Shown here piece after piece: positions 25,581 through 35,185 of a DNA stretch of 64,000 bases; position 1 is the stretch's first letter; the number at the start of each line of letters is the position of its first letter. Position numbers and translations under genes: made by a program. The notes beneath the pieces were generated by a model. That model was not told where the DNA came from and ran no database searches. It saw only the letters and a list, made by a program, of their open reading frames with translations. Source of the stretch: Candidatus Pacearchaeota archaeon (GTDB lineage: Archaea > Nanobdellota > Nanobdellia > Pacearchaeales > GW2011-AR1); assembly GCA_041659945.1 (NCBI GenBank), contig JBAZXH010000001.1, positions 425,292-489,291 of the forward strand, written 5' to 3'.

Positions 25581-27746
25581 TTATTCTAGAATTGCTTTTA
25601 TTCTTCTGATACCAGCAGCAACTGATTCTTCTTTGATTATCTTAAAATGACCTAACTCTTTTGTGTTGTTGACATGTGGCCCGGTACAAATCTCTTTGCT
25701 AAACCATCCTATTTTATTATTTTTATCTTTGATTGAGTATACACAAACAACTTCAGGATATTTTGTACCAAATTCCGCTTGAGCTCCACTTTTGACTGCT
25801 TTTTCCAGAGGCATATCTTCTCTTTTTACTTCTAGAGATTCTTTTATTTTTTTATTTACCAGATCCTCAACTTTTTTTAGTTCTTCATCTGTTAGCTTTC
25901 TTGAAAAATTAAAATCAAATCTTAATCTTTCTGGAGTTATATTAGAACCTTTTTGTTTTATGTCTTTATCATTTAGAATTTCTTTTAGAGCTTCATTTAA
26001 CAGATGAGTTGCTGTATGGAGTTTAGTAGTCATTTCACTATTGTCTGCTAAACCTGATTTGAATGTTCCTGAAGAAGCTGTCCTGCTTAGCTCTTGATGT
26101 TTTTTCATTTCACATTCATATTCGTTTAGATTTAGTTTGATATTTTTTTCTTTTGCAAGTTCTTGGGTCATTTCAATTGGAAAACCATAACTTTGAAATA
26201 AAAGAAAAGCGTCTTTACCACATAGAGAATTATTTTTAGAATTTTTTACAAGCTCATCTAGCTTTTTTAGACCTTTTTCAAGGGTTTGATCAAATTTATT
26301 TTCTTCTTCATTTAGTTGACTAATTATAAATTTATGATTTCTTTCTAATTCAGGGTAATCTTTGTAAACTGGAAAAACTCTTTCTGCGACTTTTGCTGTG
26401 AAACTGTCTTTAATCTCTAGAAGCTTTCCGTATCTTATTGCTCTTCTAATTAATCTACGTAGAACATAACCCTGTTCTACATTGCTTGGTTTTATTCCTC
26501 TTTCGTCTCCAAGAATAAAGACTGCAGCTCTTATGTGATCTGCAATTATTCTCATTGCTTTAGTTTCTTTTTCATTTTTATCATATTTTTTATTTGATAA
26601 CTTTTCAATCTCACCTATTATTGGTTGAAATATTGATGATTTGTAATTATCATCTAAACCATTTAATATTGTAACAGTTCTTTCTACTCCCATTCCAGTA
26701 TCTACATTTTTTTGTGAAAGTTGTTCGTAAATAGAAAGATTATTATCTATAAATTTGGCTATCTGTTTTGTACCATTATATAACTCTGATTTAATGCCTA
26801 TTTTTTTGGCTGAATTTATGTTTTCTTCTAAATGATCAAAATAGACAATTTCATTTATATTAAGAGAGTATTTCTTAACTAATAACTCGAAGAATTTTTT
26901 ATCATCCTTTTTTATATTTTCATTTTCAAGAGAAAATACCTCAAAGTTGTATTCTTCTAATAGTTCTTTTGCTTTGTTAGCAAAACCATTAACAACAACT
27001 ATTTTTTTATTACTAATTAAGTTTAATAAATCTAATAACTCTTGATTAATTTTAAAGTCTTTATCATATAAACAATGCATTCCATCTACTAACATTATAG
27101 ACTTTTTTTTATTATACTGCATAAAAACACCACAATTCCAGATTTCAACCCAATTTCTATCATTTGGATTAAAGATCTTTGGAGTTTTATTTTTGTTTTT
27201 CCAGTAAAATACTTCTGTATCTGGACCGCAAGGACCAGTTTGTCCAGCAGGACCCCACCAATTATCTTCAACTGGAAGAAATGCTATTCTTTCTTTGGAT
27301 ATTCCAAGAGATAACCAAATCTTTTCACTTTCAGTATCTTTTGGAGCGTCTTTGTTACCCTCAAAAACACTAACTGCCATGTTTTCTTTCGAGATATTTA
27401 GGTTTTTTGTTAGAAATTCAAATGCAAATTCTATTGCACCTTTTTTAAAATAATCACCCAAAGACCACTGACCCAACATTTCAAAAAATGTGTGGTGAAC
27501 TTCATCACCTACTGATTCTATGTCTCCTGTTCTAATGCACTTTTGAACATCAACAAGTCTTTTTCCAAGTGGATGAGGATGGCCTAGTAAATATGGTACA
27601 AGTGGATGCATTCCTGCAGTTGTGAACAACACTGTGGGATCATTTTCAGGTATTAGGCTTGAGCTGGGGATTTCTTTATGGCCTTTAGACTTGAAAAAGT
27701 CTATGTACTTTTTTATTAGATCCTGACGAGTTATTTCTTTTGTCAT
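25581..27746 (-). CDS. alaS: Alanine--tRNA ligase (bacterial-type, no C-Ala domain) with an inserted HAD-like domain
   Basis: DPTVLFTTAGM, HHTFFEMLG, GPCGPDTE, NVDTGMGVER, IADHIR, editing HTATH...EICTGPH; start moved to ATG 27746. Confidence 0.96.
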   Translation of the reverse strand: MTKEITRQDLIKKYIDFFKSKGHKEIPSSSLIPENDPTVLFTTAGMHPLVPYLLGHPHPLGKRLVDVQKCIRTGDIESVGDEVHHTFFEMLGQWSLGDYFKKGAIEFAFEFLTKNLNISKENMAVSVFEGNKDAPKDTESEKIWLSLGISKERIAFLPVEDNWWGPAGQTGPCGPDTEVFYWKNKNKTPKIFNPNDRNWVEIWNCGVFMQYNKKKSIMLVDGMHCLYDKDFKINQELLDLLNLISNKKIVVVNGFANKAKELLEEYNFEVFSLENENIKKDDKKFFELLVKKYSLNINEIVYFDHLEENINSAKKIGIKSELYNGTKQIAKFIDNNLSIYEQLSQKNVDTGMGVERTVTILNGLDDNYKSSIFQPIIGEIEKLSNKKYDKNEKETKAMRIIADHIRAAVFILGDERGIKPSNVEQGYVLRRLIRRAIRYGKLLEIKDSFTAKVAERVFPVYKDYPELERNHKFIISQLNEEENKFDQTLEKGLKKLDELVKNSKNNSLCGKDAFLLFQSYGFPIEMTQELAKEKNIKLNLNEYECEMKKHQELSRTASSGTFKSGLADNSEMTTKLHTATHLLNEALKEILNDKDIKQKGSNITPERLRFDFNFSRKLTDEELKKVEDLVNKKIKESLEVKREDMPLEKAVKSGAQAEFGTKYPEVVCVYSIKDKNNKIGWFSKEICTGPHVNNTKELGHFKIIKEESVAAGIRRIKAILE

Positions 27747-27801
27747 GGAAATCCTAGGAAGAAGGTGTTTAAAAGATTTGCTTAAGAAATTACTCTGCCT
27801 T

Positions 27802-28164
27802 TTAACCCAGAGCATTAATTCTATCTTGAATATCTGCTAGCTGATCACCAAGCTCATTATGCCTGTGGACCTCATGATGAGTGTGGAAATGTTTAATGTG
27901 AATTACTTTTTTTATTCCTTCTGTTTTTGGATTGTTTTCAATTATTTTTGTGATGTGGTTTTTAATGTCAGTTAGATCATTTTTTAGTTTTATTTTTAGC
28001 ATCATTTCTTTTTTTCTAAGGTCTCCATATCTTTGTAAACAAGCTAGGGAGTTTAGAATGTTTATCTCAGCCATAAGTAATTTTTTCTTTGCAGAAATAG
28101 CAACATCATGTTCTATCATTGAATAAATTGGAGCAGGGCCCTCGGCTTTAATTTGTTTGCTCAT
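27802..28164 (-). CDS. Hypothetical coiled-coil protein
   Basis: Helical ORF co-oriented with and adjacent to 28169-28858. Confidence 0.65.
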   Translation of the reverse strand: MSKQIKAEGPAPIYSMIEHDVAISAKKKLLMAEINILNSLACLQRYGDLRKKEMMLKIKLKNDLTDIKNHITKIIENNPKTEGIKKVIHIKHFHTHHEVHRHNELGDQLADIQDRINALG

Positions 28165-28168
28165 TTTT

Positions 28169-28858
28169 CTATATCCCTTTGAACATTTCGTGATCTATTT
28201 GGTCTAATCTAGATTTTATTACTTCTAATTCTTTTTCCCAGTCATTTAATTCTTTTTCTTCTTTAGCTTTTATTGCTCGTATATTTTTTAGAAGAGATTC
28301 TATTTCAGAGACTCTTAATCTCACTTCATTAAATGTAGATATTGTTGATTCAAATTTATCTAATTTGATGAATAGCGGTTCTGTTTTTTTAACTCTTGGT
28401 TGAGTTTGTCTTGGTTCTGGCATGACCCATGTGGGTAATTGTTCTGTGTTATCCAGGCCAAGATCAACATCTTTGTTCATATTCATATCCATTGGTCTTT
28501 GTGGAAATGATCTTGGTTTAAATTCATCAATTTCCATTGTTCTTGTTTTCATTGGATTTGGTCTTGGTATTTGAGGCATGTAGGATGGTGTGCCAGGATA
28601 GAGATCTTCTTCTTGTATAACTGCTCCCTTTACTGCCTCTTGACTCATTCTTTGTCCAATGCCAGAATTAGGATAGGATGGTAAAGAATAAGACCTCATC
28701 GACGGAGGAGCAGGTAGTTCAGGAATATTAAAGTCTTCTTCCATTGGAACCTCTTGCATTTCTTGAGGAGGTTCTGGAACTGCAGGTAATTGTGGAACTT
28801 GTTGCGGTCCGGTTACGTTCACCTCGTTATTTTCTTTGTTTTTATTGAAAAAACCCAT
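28169..28858 (-). CDS. Hypothetical protein with Pro-rich disordered N-terminus and C-terminal coiled coil
   Basis: PQ/PE-rich region followed by PLFIKLDKF and heptad repeats. Confidence 0.7.
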   Translation of the reverse strand: MGFFNKNKENNEVNVTGPQQVPQLPAVPEPPQEMQEVPMEEDFNIPELPAPPSMRSYSLPSYPNSGIGQRMSQEAVKGAVIQEEDLYPGTPSYMPQIPRPNPMKTRTMEIDEFKPRSFPQRPMDMNMNKDVDLGLDNTEQLPTWVMPEPRQTQPRVKKTEPLFIKLDKFESTISTFNEVRLRVSEIESLLKNIRAIKAKEEKELNDWEKELEVIKSRLDQIDHEMFKGI

Positions 28859-28972
28859 ATAGTTAATTTTGAAATTTAGTATTTATATGTTTATATTAAT
28901 TCTGAAATGGTAACAGTTTATAGTTATGCTAAATAGAAAGATATATTAATACTTGCAATCGTATAAAAAATT

Positions 28973-29695
28973 ATGAAAGTAGAGTTTCTAAAAGATGTTG
29001 CTTTAATGGTTGCTGGTAAGAACACTGGGCAAATTGTTGATTTGCTCTTTGATAAGAAAAATGTAAATGAATTTTTGATTGCAAAGAAATTGGGATTGAC
29101 TATAAATCAAACAAGAAACATTTTATACAAACTTTCTGACGAGGGATTGGTATCTTTTACTAGAAAAAAAGATAAGAAGAAGGGATGGTATACTTATTTT
29201 TGGACATTTAATACAGATAAGGCTCTTATGCTACTGAGAAAAAAATTAATTGAAGATATTGATCAATTTGAACATCAACTTAAAAGTAGAGAGATTAAAA
29301 GATTTTACATTTGTAAAACATGTAATTTTGAGATTACTGAAGAAAATGCTTTGGTTCATAATTTTACCTGTCCAGAGTGTGGTGAAGTTTATGAGCTGTT
29401 TGATAATAAAAAGTCTATCAATGAAATAAATTCTCAAATTAATAGACTTAAAAGAGAGTTATCTGAAATTGAGAAGGAACTTGATATAATTAATAAAGAC
29501 AAACAGAAAAAAACTGAAAGAGATGCTAAAAAGCTTGAAAAGGAGAAGCTTGAGAAAAGGAGAAAAGCTCAGTTTGAAAGACAAAAAGAAAAGAAAAAAC
29601 TTGAAAGAAAGTTAAATAAAGGCAAAAAGAAAGTTCCTGTAAAAGTTGTCAAAAAGAAAACTTCTAAAAAACAAACAAAAAAGAAAAGATGTTAA
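28973..29695 (+). CDS. tfe: Transcription factor E
   Basis: wHTH EFLIAKKLGLTINQTRNILYKL...GWYTYFW; Zn ribbon CKTC...FTCPECG; Lys-rich tail. Confidence 0.92.
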   Translation: MKVEFLKDVALMVAGKNTGQIVDLLFDKKNVNEFLIAKKLGLTINQTRNILYKLSDEGLVSFTRKKDKKKGWYTYFWTFNTDKALMLLRKKLIEDIDQFEHQLKSREIKRFYICKTCNFEITEENALVHNFTCPECGEVYELFDNKKSINEINSQINRLKRELSEIEKELDIINKDKQKKTERDAKKLEKEKLEKRRKAQFERQKEKKKLERKLNKGKKKVPVKVVKKKTSKKQTKKKRC

Positions 29696-29744
29696 AAATT
29701 ATGAATAATTTTACCTTAAACTCTATCAAGCTAAAGGAAAAGAG

Positions 29745-30626
29745 ATGAATAAGACATTAAGAACTTACACTAGGAAAAATCTTGGTGAAAGTTTTTTTAG
29801 TAAATTAAGTATAACTACTTGGTTAATTATAGTTAATGTAATTGCTTTTATTTTAGTTCAAATTGTTTTGGTTTGGAATAAGGATTTGCTTCAGTATCTT
29901 GCGCTTACTCCAGCATATGTTGTTCATGGAAAATATCTTTGGACAATTGTTACTAGTGTGTTTATGCATGCCGATATAATGCATCTTCTCTTTAATATGA
30001 TTTCTTTGTTCTTTATAGGAAAGTTTGTTGAGAAAATACTTGGAAGAAAGAGATTTTTATCATTTTATTTAATTGCTGGAATTTTTGCATCTATAATGTT
30101 TGCTTTACTTGCAGGTTATTTTGGAGTGAATCCTTTTTGGGGTAAAATACTTGGTGATCCTTTAATTCCCGGAGTGGGGGCATCTGGAGCAATATTTGGT
30201 TTAATCGGTGTGTTGGCTTTGCTTACTCCAAAGGCTAGAGTTTATTTAATTGCAGGACCTTTGATTGCAATAGTTATAGAAGCAATTATTGGTTCGGTTC
30301 CACAACTTTCTGCTGTCTATTCCATAGTTTCGGTGGTTGTTAGTGTGTACATAGTTATATCTTTGTTTGCAATGTTTTCTTTTAGATCTAAATGGTTAAA
30401 AATTAGTTTACCAGTGAATATTCCTTTTTGGTCAATACCAATAATTGCTATTGTTCCTTTGATAATTATTGGATTTTTCTGGCCGTTACCAATTGGTAAT
30501 ATAGCTCATCTTGCAGGTTTTGCTGCTGGTGCTGTTTATGGTTTGTATTTGAGAAGTAAATATCCTAATAAAATTAAATTGTTAAATCGTTATATAGGAG
30601 TTAACGATGACAGGCAAAGCTCATGA
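29745..30626 (+). CDS. Rhomboid intramembrane serine protease
   Basis: FMHA..HLLFNM, GASGAIFG, AHLAG. Confidence 0.93.
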   Translation: MNKTLRTYTRKNLGESFFSKLSITTWLIIVNVIAFILVQIVLVWNKDLLQYLALTPAYVVHGKYLWTIVTSVFMHADIMHLLFNMISLFFIGKFVEKILGRKRFLSFYLIAGIFASIMFALLAGYFGVNPFWGKILGDPLIPGVGASGAIFGLIGVLALLTPKARVYLIAGPLIAIVIEAIIGSVPQLSAVYSIVSVVVSVYIVISLFAMFSFRSKWLKISLPVNIPFWSIPIIAIVPLIIIGFFWPLPIGNIAHLAGFAAGAVYGLYLRSKYPNKIKLLNRYIGVNDDRQSS

Positions 30627-31381
30627 ATTTTAGAAAGAAAAAAGAGTATGATGATGCAAGGTTTAGTGTACTTTTAGTTGTATTTGGAATTCTTTTGTTG
30701 ATTTTGGAGAGTTTGGCAAATAAAGGTGAGATTGTTTTTAATTTGTTTATGTTCGTTGGAATGTTGGGATTTGTTTTTGTTTTAATTGGAGGATTTATTT
30801 ATTTTAACTCAACTGGTAAGAGGAACTTTACTAAGAGTTGGGATTTTATAAAAAAGTCTAGAAATTATATTTTATTTGTTGTTATCTTGCTTTTGATCTT
30901 TGGGTTTATTGGCTTTGTTTTTCAACCACCAGCTTTGGTTGAAATGCTTAAGAAAATTATTCAGGAATTACTTGACAAAGCTAATAATCTGAATTTTATT
31001 GAAATGTTCTGGTTTATTTTTAGAAATAATGTTGGAGTTGCAGTAATGTCAATTGTTTTTGGAATAGTATTTGCTATTTTTCCTATTTTAACAATAATCT
31101 CTAATGGATATATGTTAGGTTTTGTTGCCAATAAAGCAATTGAGAGTGGAGGAATCTTTGTTATTTGGAAGTTATTTCCTCACGGAATATTTGAATTGCC
31201 CGCAATAATTATTTCTCTTGCTTTTGGAATAAAACTCGGGTTATTTTTATTTTCAAAAAATCCTAAAAAATCATTGGTTTCTCATTTGATGAATGCAGCA
31301 AGAGTTTTCTTTTTTATAATCGTGCCTTTGTTGCTAATTGCTGCTTTGATTGAGACGAGTTTGATTTTTCTTTTGGGGTAA
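30623..31381 (+). CDS. SpoIIM/DUF95-family membrane protein
   Basis: IFRNN, NG..LG, PHGIFELPA, AALIET. Confidence 0.88.
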   Translation: MNFRKKKEYDDARFSVLLVVFGILLLILESLANKGEIVFNLFMFVGMLGFVFVLIGGFIYFNSTGKRNFTKSWDFIKKSRNYILFVVILLLIFGFIGFVFQPPALVEMLKKIIQELLDKANNLNFIEMFWFIFRNNVGVAVMSIVFGIVFAIFPILTIISNGYMLGFVANKAIESGGIFVIWKLFPHGIFELPAIIISLAFGIKLGLFLFSKNPKKSLVSHLMNAARVFFFIIVPLLLIAALIETSLIFLLG

Positions 31382-31415
31382 CGAAGGAAACCAAGGTTTC
31401 CTACCGTCCTACCTT
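31375..31415. repeat. Short GC-rich palindrome between convergent genes
   Basis: AGGAAACC-AA-GGTTTCCT at 31385-31402 with weakly complementary flanks. Confidence 0.55.
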
Positions 31416-31432
31416 CCTTTTGACAAAAATAC

Positions 31433-32608
31433 CTAAAACCAGTCTCTCAATCTTTTTTGCTTACCAAACTCTTTGAGAAGGGTTGATTGTTCTTTGAATT
31501 TGAATATTGGAAGATAAATTCTTTTTTGGGCTTCTATTAATGCTTCGCTTATTGATGAGAATTTTTCCGGTGGAGATTGGAAAGCTTTTCTTGAGGCTTC
31601 TCTTAGAATTCCAACTCCTAGAGGAAAATTATATTCTGGACGGACTTCTCTGAAGAAGATGCATGAAGCTTGTCTTTTTATCTTTATTAGGTATTCACAG
31701 AGTGCTAAACGATTTGCATAGTAAGCTCCGGTTACACTATCTGCATAGGTTTTTCTTGGAAAAAAACCTTCATAGTCTTTTGAAAATTGAATTGATTCTA
31801 AAAGTTCTTTATTTATTTCCAGTGAGGGAATGCGCGTTTCTATTACTTCAAATGAAAATTTATCTGGCAACAGAAGGATTTCATAGTGATTTCCAACATA
31901 ATCTCCGTGAAATAATTGAAATTCATTTATTTCTGGAAGAAAACGTATTTGAGAGAGCATATCTTTTGAAAGGGAATCGTCTGTTGCAGTGATTGCCCAT
32001 CTTGTTGGCACCATTCTTCTATTGTCTTTTAAACCTAGAAGCCCTGCAGAGAGAATTTTTATTATGCTACTGATTTGTATTTTACTTTTGTAAAGATCTT
32101 TAATGGCATTTATTGACTTTAGTCTTTCGTCGCTAACAACATAGTCAACCTTTCGTTCTATTTTTGGATTTTCCTGAATTTTTATTTTATCTAGGGGAGC
32201 TGGATTGCCAATAAATGGAACTGAATTTTCCCTTAGTGGATGAAAGATTGGCTGTTTTTTAAGAATAAACTCTGCCCTTACTGAATTGTTTGACATGGCT
32301 ACTTGGTTTAGTGCAGAGATTAATTTTTGATCTGTTTTTATTTTTTTTATGTCTGTTTTAAATCGTGAATAGATCATTTTTTCTCTATAGGACATTACCT
32401 GATCTATTGTTAGATTATCTTTTACCCAGGTTTCTGGCATGCTTAGATCTGTTGTTTGACCAGTTTCCAGTGGAGAAAGGATTCCAGTATAAACATTTGG
32501 ATAGTCTTTTTGACCAACAAATATCTCGGGCGGAGAGCTACCTATGAATTGTGTTTTACGGAAGTTAGGAATTTCTTTTTTAGGGTTGCTTTTTAATTCT
32601 ATATTCAT
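31433..32608 (-). CDS. nreA: Nre-family DNA repair protein
   Basis: GSSPPEIFVG..YPNV, RRMVPTRWAITATD, DYEG, GAYYA.RLA, PLGV..LRE; C-terminal PIP box QKRLRDWF. Confidence 0.88.
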   Translation of the reverse strand: MNIELKSNPKKEIPNFRKTQFIGSSPPEIFVGQKDYPNVYTGILSPLETGQTTDLSMPETWVKDNLTIDQVMSYREKMIYSRFKTDIKKIKTDQKLISALNQVAMSNNSVRAEFILKKQPIFHPLRENSVPFIGNPAPLDKIKIQENPKIERKVDYVVSDERLKSINAIKDLYKSKIQISSIIKILSAGLLGLKDNRRMVPTRWAITATDDSLSKDMLSQIRFLPEINEFQLFHGDYVGNHYEILLLPDKFSFEVIETRIPSLEINKELLESIQFSKDYEGFFPRKTYADSVTGAYYANRLALCEYLIKIKRQASCIFFREVRPEYNFPLGVGILREASRKAFQSPPEKFSSISEALIEAQKRIYLPIFKFKEQSTLLKEFGKQKRLRDWF

Positions 32609-32668
32609 TTAATTTTTAGAAAAAGAGTTTATTTATTGTTTGTTATAGTCTTTGGAAAGTAATACTCT

Positions 32669-32812
32669 TTGAAAATGCATAGACAATTGTTCACATCTGT
32701 TCACAAAACTTCAGTAGGTTTAATTTAAAATGCTTAATCTAGCTCATATTATGGTTTAATAGCTTTAAACTTTGAATTTTGCAGAGCAATAATTCTTATG
32801 GTGTGATTTCAA
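32669..32812 (+). repeat. Dispersed structured intergenic repeat, copy 2
   Basis: TTGAAAATGCATAGACAATTGTTCACATCTGTTCACAAAACTTCAG...TTGAATTTTGCAGAGCAATAATTCTTATGGTGTGATTTCAA. Confidence 0.88.
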
Positions 32813-32824
32813 TAAGACAAAACC

Positions 32825-32862
32825 CAAATTAGCATTAGGAATAGTTGAGAGATGCTAATTTG
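32825..32862. terminator. 11-bp perfect inverted repeat just downstream of the 32878-33081 gene
   Basis: CAAATTAGCAT...ATGCTAATTTG; terminator function is unproven. Confidence 0.35.
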
Positions 32863-32877
32863 ATTAGAATTATTTGA

Positions 32878-33081
32878 CTAGTTCTTTAGATCGCTTATGC
32901 CAAGCATTAGGAAAAGTAGGCCTAGGAAAAATACAACCCAGACTATTCCTCCCTTAAGTACTAGCCATGTTGCATCACCGAAACTTTTCAGGTAGTCTGG
33001 TAAAAAGCTAAACTTGAATGCTACAGCAATAGCAACAAGTACCAGTACTAACCCTATTATAATTTCAAGCCATTTGTTCAT
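32878..33081 (-). CDS. Small two-TM membrane protein
   Basis: Two hydrophobic helices ending LGISDLKN. Confidence 0.7.
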   Translation of the reverse strand: MNKWLEIIIGLVLVLVAIAVAFKFSFLPDYLKSFGDATWLVLKGGIVWVVFFLGLLFLMLGISDLKN

Positions 33082-33232
33082 GGTGTTTAATTAAATAGTT
33101 TATACTTTAAAAAGTTATTTATCCTCTTGAAGTGGGTTATTTGTTGTTATTGTTAATTGATGAAAAAGATTTTTTATTTTATTGTTTTTATGAATGCGAA
33201 AGAGTTAAAAATACAAAAAAATTAGAGTATAT

Positions 33233-34015
33233 ATGAAAAGGAGTGTGATTTTAGGTTTACTTTTGTTTGTGGGAGTTATTTTAAGTGTATCTTTGATTTC
33301 TGCTGTTGTAGAAAATTGTAATAATTGGGTTGATGATAATGGAAATGGTTTAATTGATTATGCTGATTCCTATTGCAAGCCTTTTTGTATATCTCCAAAA
33401 GTTGTGACTTTTATTGAAGGAGGTATTGGTGATGGAAATCCGGGTTTTATTACAGAAAATTATTTTGCTTTGTGTTGCAATAAAAAAGAGTGTATGGGTT
33501 TTGGATTTTGTGCTAAAAACGGAAGTGTTTCGGGATCTGCTGTTTGTTCTGCCAATAGCACAAAAGCTGTTTGGTGTAAAAAAGGTTTTATAAATGATGA
33601 AACTGGCAGATGCATAAATAAAAGTGCTCCTGAAAAATGTTATAATTTTATTGATGATAATGGTGATGGAAAAACAGATTTTGTTGATGCTACTTGTGCA
33701 AGTAAATGTTTAAGTTTTGGTAAGAAAGTAACTTATACAGAGATTGGTAATGGAACTGGGGCTCCAAGAGGCCTTATTAAGGATACTAAAATTGCAGGGT
33801 GTTGTTTAGCTAATGAATGTTACATAAAGGGAACTGGTTGTGTGAATGATAGTACTGCTGTAGGTAATTATAGATGTTCTGTTTTAGGTAGTAGTGCTGT
33901 TTGGTGTAATAGCGATCATTTTCATAATAACGGTTTAGGTTTTTGTGTTGATCTATTGGATAAATGGGGGATAAGGTACTGTACGCCTAGAAAGTGTGGA
34001 CTTAGTATTCATTAA
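33233..34015 (+). CDS. Secreted Cys-rich protein with two internal repeats
   Basis: Signal peptide; ExCxNxxDDNGxGxxDxxDxxC occurs twice, each followed by CC...C...WC. Confidence 0.75.
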   Translation: MKRSVILGLLLFVGVILSVSLISAVVENCNNWVDDNGNGLIDYADSYCKPFCISPKVVTFIEGGIGDGNPGFITENYFALCCNKKECMGFGFCAKNGSVSGSAVCSANSTKAVWCKKGFINDETGRCINKSAPEKCYNFIDDNGDGKTDFVDATCASKCLSFGKKVTYTEIGNGTGAPRGLIKDTKIAGCCLANECYIKGTGCVNDSTAVGNYRCSVLGSSAVWCNSDHFHNNGLGFCVDLLDKWGIRYCTPRKCGLSIH

Positions 34016-34022
34016 GGTAAAA

Positions 34023-35102
34023 ATGATTAAAAAACAAAATAAACATAAAAAATTTGTGAATAAAAAAGTATTAATTATACTTGGAGTTGTTTTCTTAGTT
34101 TTGGTCTTGGCCTTTATGTTTGTTAAGATTAATAATTCTTTAGATAAAAATGTTACTGGAAAATCTTTTGCTGAACCGTGTGAAAATGATGACGAATGTG
34201 ATCCTGGAGAATATTGTAACTTTGAAAAAGGATATTGTGATATTTATAAGGATTGTGAAAATGATGAGGAATGTTGGGTTGGTAGAGAAGTATGTGATGA
34301 AAATGGCCATTGTGTAGATAAACCCTGTGAGAATTCTGATGACTGCGATAATTATTATGATACTTGTGTAGATGGCAAGTGTCGCCTAAAAGATTGTGAT
34401 CCTGATGATCCGAATTCTTGTCCTGATGGAGGCATTTGTTTTCCAAATTCTTGTGAAGCTGGAAATTGTTGTTATCGTGGAGAGTGCGTACATAATGGAG
34501 ATTGTCCTGATAACTATGAATGTGAAAAAGGAAAATGTGTTCCATCTGCTAAATATTTCTGTGAAGATGCTGGTGGTTCATCTGGAACAGATTCAGATGT
34601 ATATGAACCCGGCTATGTATTTTATCTTGCAGGTTATGATCCTCAAGGAAATCCATTAAGAGGTCTTATGTCTGATTCGTGTTCAGGAGATCAAAAGGGA
34701 GTTTATGAAGGTGATTGTAAACCAAGACATCATTATGTTTACTATTATTGTAAAGGTGGAGAAATGTGTTGGCCAGATCTTGCATATACTACTTATGGAG
34801 GAGCAAATACATATTATTTGGCTGCATGTGGAAAAACCACTTGTAAAGATACTGATGCAGATGCCAAAAATATATATCAAACAAAAGGAAGTGCAACAAC
34901 ATATGTTAATGGGGAAGAATATGAAACTTTAACAGACTATTGTGTTAGCGATGTTCAGGTTATGGAATATCAATGTACATATGGTTATCCTGCGGCAAAT
35001 GGATGTCAGGTTGCATATTATGTTCCAGGTTATCATAATTGCGGAGAAATGTTTGGAATAAAATATCATTGTGTCAATGGGGCCTGTGTTTACAAGCCGT
35101 AG
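34023..35102 (+). CDS. Membrane-anchored Cys-rich extracellular protein
   Basis: TM + VTG; tandem CENDxEC repeats; CxDxD..Y..G modules. Confidence 0.75.
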   Translation: MIKKQNKHKKFVNKKVLIILGVVFLVLVLAFMFVKINNSLDKNVTGKSFAEPCENDDECDPGEYCNFEKGYCDIYKDCENDEECWVGREVCDENGHCVDKPCENSDDCDNYYDTCVDGKCRLKDCDPDDPNSCPDGGICFPNSCEAGNCCYRGECVHNGDCPDNYECEKGKCVPSAKYFCEDAGGSSGTDSDVYEPGYVFYLAGYDPQGNPLRGLMSDSCSGDQKGVYEGDCKPRHHYVYYYCKGGEMCWPDLAYTTYGGANTYYLAACGKTTCKDTDADAKNIYQTKGSATTYVNGEEYETLTDYCVSDVQVMEYQCTYGYPAANGCQVAYYVPGYHNCGEMFGIKYHCVNGACVYKP

Positions 35103-35185
35103 ATGAGATAAACTTTTTTCTTCTTCTCTTCGAATCAAATCGAAGTCTTGGAATTATTTATAAAGTGTGTTTTCTAATATATATC

